Both the position numbers and the translations under genes were made by a program. A stretch of DNA of 63,823 nt, the filler included, from Rhabdomonas costata (lineage: Eukaryota): the NCBI GenBank assembly GCA_019059605.1. It is 41 parts of 41 records of this genome, joined end to end, with 100 filler letters (N's around TTAATTAATTAA, not from the genome) between each part and the next. Parts side by side here need not be neighbours in the genome. Positions count along the whole stretch, not along the records: positions 60,806 to 62,264 come from JAHMHO010015414.1; positions 62,365 to 63,823 come from JAHMHO010015415.1; 39 more parts are not named here. One strand, given 5' to 3'. The notes under the pieces are model-generated. The model did no database searches. It saw only the letters and a list, made by a program, of their open reading frames with translations, and was not told the DNA's origin. Below are positions 62,091-63,823 of this stretch, in pieces; within the stretch, counting starts at the first letter, position 1, and each line of letters starts with the position of its first letter.

Positions 62091-62922
62091 AGCTGAAAAC
62101 ATTTGAATATTTTCAGAATGATTTGGATATTGAACTTAAATGTGTCGAACCTAACGTTAGACGTTAGACGACACCTCATTCATCATGAAGTACACAATCA
62201 CGTTTTAGATTTAAACGGAGTAAGGATGTTGTTCCAGCAAGTTTCACGCCAATGCCAACAAACANNNNNNNNNNNNNNNNNNNNNNNNNNNNNNNNNNNN
62301 NNNNNNNNTTAATTAATTAANNNNNNNNNNNNNNNNNNNNNNNNNNNNNNNNNNNNNNNNNNNNCCTGAACAAATCCTTTGTATGGGAGTGGGGGAAGGA
62401 AGGAGGTGGAGAGAGCGGCGCGGTGTAGTCCCCACCTTCTTCTGACGATCTTATTCCTATTCTTAGGATACGGGGATTGTTTGATAAGCTGTGTCATCTA
62501 CCTCTGGTACTGCTGCACTATGATAGGTTGTTTTTCTCCCCTTGGATGATCGTAGATAATACCGATACCGATGGGGAGGGGGGGGGCGAGGGACGAAAAA
62601 ACGTGGAAGTTTAGCGGCTCCACCACCACCACCACCACCACCAAACGAAAAACAATGCAAGAGGCTCAACCAGAAAAAAAAAAGAGAATGGCTGGGAAAC
62701 AAATCAGTGCCGGATCATGGCGTGAGACCTAACGTGTGACCTCGGATCCCCAACAATCAAAGGCCTGGTTCCGAGCGTCAAAGGTTCCATGAGGAAACGA
62801 CTCAGGCGCGGATTTCAAATGATGGGCAAGAGGGAAAGTGTCGCACCGTGAGGGAGGTAATACTGTAAATTGTGGGGAAATTTAATGGTGAGTATTGCAT
62901 TGTGTGGGCTAGTGAGGTGAAC

Positions 62923-63549
62923 CTGGGGCGTGCTTAAGGCACTCCAGGTAGCACTCCGCGGCCTTCTCCAAGTTGCCCAACACCTTGTACACGATGCCCA
63001 GGTTGTGCAGCGCGGTGATCATCGAGGGGTGGAAGTGCAGCGCCATGCGGTAGCAGTACTCCGCCCGGTCAAACCTCTTCCGCTCCGCATAAACCACCCC
63101 TTTTTTGGAAAGAATTGCAGCATTTTGCAAGGCAGTTGGATGAGGAAGGGGTGACCTCTCTGTCTTGCAAAATTCTTGTGTGCGAACCGGGGTGACACTT
63201 TGCATGCTGCGTGTCATGCACAGGTTTTGTTTCTGCTGAAGACATCTTTATTCTTTGTTCGCCTCTGATGCACGCTGATGTGAGACGAAAGAGCAAGCAA
63301 CACAGAAAAAGTTCAGATTGAGTCATTTTATTGATACGTGGGGAAATGCAAACATAACATGGCACAAGCAAATGCACTGCTCGTTATCGTTATGAAAGTA
63401 ACATCCATAAACAGCGCCATTCTGTTGTGTGAAAAATAACAGACCACATGCATCAAGCGAAAGAGGGGTGTTTTGCAGACCTAAGTTGTAGTAGGCATCA
63501 GCATGGAAGGGGTCATAAATGAGCGACTGCTTGTACAGCTGCACCGCGG
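62923..63549 (-). CDS. SPY: TPR exons (63481-63549, 62923-63099) of a SPINDLY/OGT-family (GT41) glycosyltransferase, SPY-like
   Basis: YKQSLIYDPFHADAYYNLG|VVYAERKRFDRAEYCYRMALHFHPSMITALHNLGIVYKVLGNLEKAAECYLECL closely parallels the SPY TPR series as I recall it. Phase-1 GT-AG intron. Confidence 0.75.
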
Positions 63550-63628
63550 CTGGAAAAAAATGAAAACCAGAAGCCCATGGAGAGAGAAAGTCCGGCAGGT
63601 CGAAGCATTGAGAGTGAAGGATAGGGGA

Positions 63629-63814
63629 GGGTTCACTCAGTGTACTCAATTTTTCGAAGTGATTTTCCACGTTGGGTCCGTATTTGTTGTTTTTTCCTTC
63701 CGTTTCTTTCCGTGAAACCTGTTTTGAAGGACGCTGAGAACGGAAGGAAAAAACAACAAATACGGACCCAACGTGGAAAATCACTTCGAAAAATTGAGTA
63801 CACTGAGTGAACCC
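63629..63814. repeat. 76-bp inverted repeat ending at the contig end (probable fold-back)
   Basis: 63629-63704 is the reverse complement of 63739-63814, followed by a C/A tail. Confidence 0.95.
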
Positions 63815-63823
63815 CCCCCAACC

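Noticed and set aside
1464-62364. Regularly spaced TTAATTAATTAA as a CRISPR-like or biological repeat; gene clustering across the window
   Set aside because: It is a synthetic linker embedded in N runs. Neighbouring contigs are unrelated and appear ordered by size, so no synteny can be inferred.

Overview
This window is not a continuous locus. It is 41 unrelated contigs of about 1.46 kb joined by 40 artificial 100-nt spacers (N44-TTAATTAATTAA-N44). Most contigs start with G/T-only and end with C/A-only tails, which points to K-primer whole-genome amplification, and several end in fold-back inverted repeats. The DNA is from an intron-rich eukaryote, most likely a euglenozoan and probably a euglenid. 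That is an inference from a kinetoplastid-type CTD phosphatase and degenerate class III cyclase domains combined with frequent cis-introns. Exons I could read by eye encode a kinesin-6-like motor, a MAP2K-like and another Ser/Thr kinase, a claudin/PMP22-like protein, an FCP/SCP phosphatase, two degenerate nucleotide cyclase domains, PI-PLC, a DEAH helicase, a SPINDLY-like TPR protein, a SHOCT + RanBP2 zinc-finger protein and a glycoside-hydrolase-like protein. Between them lie decayed Ty3/gypsy, tyrosine-recombinase (DIRS/VIPER/TATE-like) and non-LTR retroelements, a MITE and satellites. The best leads are an intronless NACHT (NLR-like) ORF filling a whole contig, a strand-skewed modular repeat family found both in tandem and inverted form, PLC and helicase internal exons facing each other on one contig, and recurring GC splice donors. 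All protein calls are motif recognition only; no searches were run, and most ORFs in the supplied track are spurious.
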